Under the pieces are notes generated by a model, which was given only the letters and a program-made list of their open reading frames with translations, was not told the origin of the DNA and ran no database searches. A program made the translations under genes and the position numbers. Positions 62,455 to 64,000 of a stretch of DNA of 64,000 nt are shown in pieces. Origin of the DNA: Gammaproteobacteria bacterium (GTDB lineage Bacteria; Pseudomonadota; Gammaproteobacteria; Eutrophobiales; Eutrophobiaceae); the NCBI GenBank assembly GCA_030829955.1, contig JAURNY010000031.1, positions 5,374 to 69,373 of the forward strand. Reading direction: 5' to 3'. Position 1 is the first letter of the stretch, and each line of letters opens with the position of its first letter.

Positions 62455-64000
62455 ATGGCTCAGGCAAAAATAAAACAAAAACAATCTGCACCTCTGACTG
62501 ATCACGTAGTAAAAAATATTGGCGAAGTAATTATTTTTGCTTTGCTTACATTAGCGACTTATTTGTTTATCGCCTTATATACCTATAATCAAAATGATCC
62601 AGGTTGGTCGCATTCCGTTAACGTAGACACCATTCATAATAAAGGTGGATCAATTGGCGCCTATATTGCTGATATATTGCTGTATATCTTTGGTTATTTT
62701 GGCTACTTGGTTCCAATTTTATTATTATTTAGTGGTTGGCGTCTTTTTAGATCGCGTCGGACGCAAGAAGCATTTAATCATTTGCTTTTTTCTCTTCGTA
62801 GTATTGGCATAATCCTGATTCATATTGGTGGCTGTGCCATTGCGCGAATTCACTTTATTGCAGGACATGCTATTCCGGATAAATTAAATAGTGCTGGTGG
62901 TATTCTCGGTGAAGTCATTGGAGATATAGCGATAGAAGTAACAGGCAATACTGGTAGTACGTTATTATTGCTAGCTGTTTTTTTGATTGGATTGACCCTG
63001 TATACAGGACTATCTTGGTTAAATGTGTTCGAAAAAACAGGGCATTTTACATTGAGTGCAATGGCTTATTTTCGGGGACTAATAAACTTGTTTCAGGAAA
63101 AATCACAAGGTCGACGTGCCAGACGTGATAGAGAGGTGATGCTTAAGAAAGAACAGGAAATTGAAGAGTTTAGAATGCCACCTCTTATCAAACCCAAGCC
63201 TCCTGAAAATAAACCAAGTATACGTGCTGTTAAAGAAAAGCAGGAATCCTTATTTGAAACGCCTGGCGATAGTGTATTGCCACCATTGAATCTATTGGAT
63301 GAACCACCTCCGGCAAAAGGGCAATATTCAAAAGAAGCTCTAGAGGCCATCTCTCGTCAGGTGGAACTCAAATTAAAGGATTTTGGTGTCACGGTCGAAG
63401 TGGTTTCAGTAAATCCTGGCCCAGTTATTACTCGCTTTGAATTGGATCCTGCACCAGGTGTTAAAGGGAGTCAGATTTCTAATCTTTCAAAAGATTTGGC
63501 GCGTTCGCTGGCTGTTATCAGTGTGCGTGTCGTGGATGTAATTCCCGGCAAACCCTATATAGGACTTGAAATACCAAACGAAAATCGAGAATTAGTTACG
63601 TTGGGTGAAATATTAAACACTCAGGAATACGATGGGATAAAGTCGCCACTAGTATTGGCATTAGGCAAGGATATAAGTGGTCATGCTATTGTGACTGATC
63701 TTGGCAAGATGCCTCACTTATTGGTAGCAGGCACAACCGGTTCAGGTAAATCAGTTGCATTGAATGCCATGATTCTGAGCTTATTATACAAGGCAACGGC
63801 ATCCGATGTGCGTCTGATTATGATTGATCCCAAAATGCTCGAATTATCGGTTTATGAAGGTATTCCAAACCTGCTTGCGCCCGTTGTTACAGACATGAAA
63901 GAAGCAGCTAACGCCTTGCGCTGGTGCGTTGCGGAGATGGAGCGTCGTTATAAATTAATGGCGCAGTTAGGTGTGCGTAACATTAGTGGTTATAACAAAA
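62455..64000 (+). CDS. ftsK: DNA translocase FtsK (N-terminal membrane domain, linker and start of motor domain; continues beyond the window)
   Basis: Read directly: [44 protein letters not shown]... (4 TM). Then a Pro-rich linker, then the motor domain with Walker A GTTGSGKS at ~63730. Open at the window end, so absent from the ORF track. Confidence 0.9.
   Translation, partial: MAQAKIKQKQSAPLTDHVVKNIGEVIIFALLTLATYLFIALYTYNQNDPGWSHSVNVDTIHNKGGSIGAYIADILLYIFGYFGYLVPILLLFSGWRLFRSRRTQEAFNHLLFSLRSIGIILIHIGGCAIARIHFIAGHAIPDKLNSAGGILGEVIGDIAIEVTGNTGSTLLLLAVFLIGLTLYTGLSWLNVFEKTGHFTLSAMAYFRGLINLFQEKSQGRRARRDREVMLKKEQEIEEFRMPPLIKPKPPENKPSIRAVKEKQESLFETPGDSVLPPLNLLDEPPPAKGQYSKEALEAISRQVELKLKDFGVTVEVVSVNPGPVITRFELDPAPGVKGSQISNLSKDLARSLAVISVRVVDVIPGKPYIGLEIPNENRELVTLGEILNTQEYDGIKSPLVLALGKDISGHAIVTDLGKMPHLLVAGTTGSGKSVALNAMILSLLYKATASDVRLIMIDPKMLELSVYEGIPNLLAPVVTDMKEAANALRWCVAEMERRYKLMAQLGVRNISGYNK

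Overview
This 64 kb window is AT-rich (about 37-40 % GC by eye) and densely coding, about 90 % coding; 65 of the 69 features below are CDS. Gene content and order look like a low-GC gammaproteobacterial core chromosome; I do not assign a genus. The six-frame track omits ORFs open at the window edges, so mobB at the 5' end and ftsK at the 3' end are called from direct reading. It also writes TTG/GTG starts as M, so some listed starts are alternative start codons. Recognisable blocks, in order: molybdenum cofactor genes (mobB-mobA, fdhD, moaA, later moaB); ampG; hrpA followed by a tight CPA2 antiporter / small membrane protein / CMD-Rieske fusion unit; a MoxR-DUF58-TgpA triad; nitroreductase and MATE; a frameshifted phytase-like esterase; an RND adaptor-pump pair; an L,D-transpeptidase convergent with an Lpp/OprI-type lipoprotein; aminotransferase and HNH nuclease; mazG; a 425 bp noncoding gap holding a tRNA-like 3' fragment; folE2-ispA-xseB; a rubrerythrin / CCG-type Fe-S protein / DUF3501 operon; parE-parC; a complete EF-P beta-lysylation locus (epmB, efp, a coupled 77-aa ORF, epmA) followed by a YoaA/DinG helicase; tsaB; lolC(F)-lolD; exbB-exbD-lpxK-ycaR-kdsB; infA-aat-bpt with a PF04339 GNAT; a Tat-signal HDAC-family amidohydrolase; abgT; trxB; ftsK. 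No CRISPR array, rRNA, intact tRNA, integrase or transposase was found. The points most worth a second look are the uncharacterised rubrerythrin-FeS-DUF3501 module, the CMD-Rieske fusion, the small acidic ORF translationally coupled to efp, the Tat-exported deacetylase and the tRNA 3' remnant.
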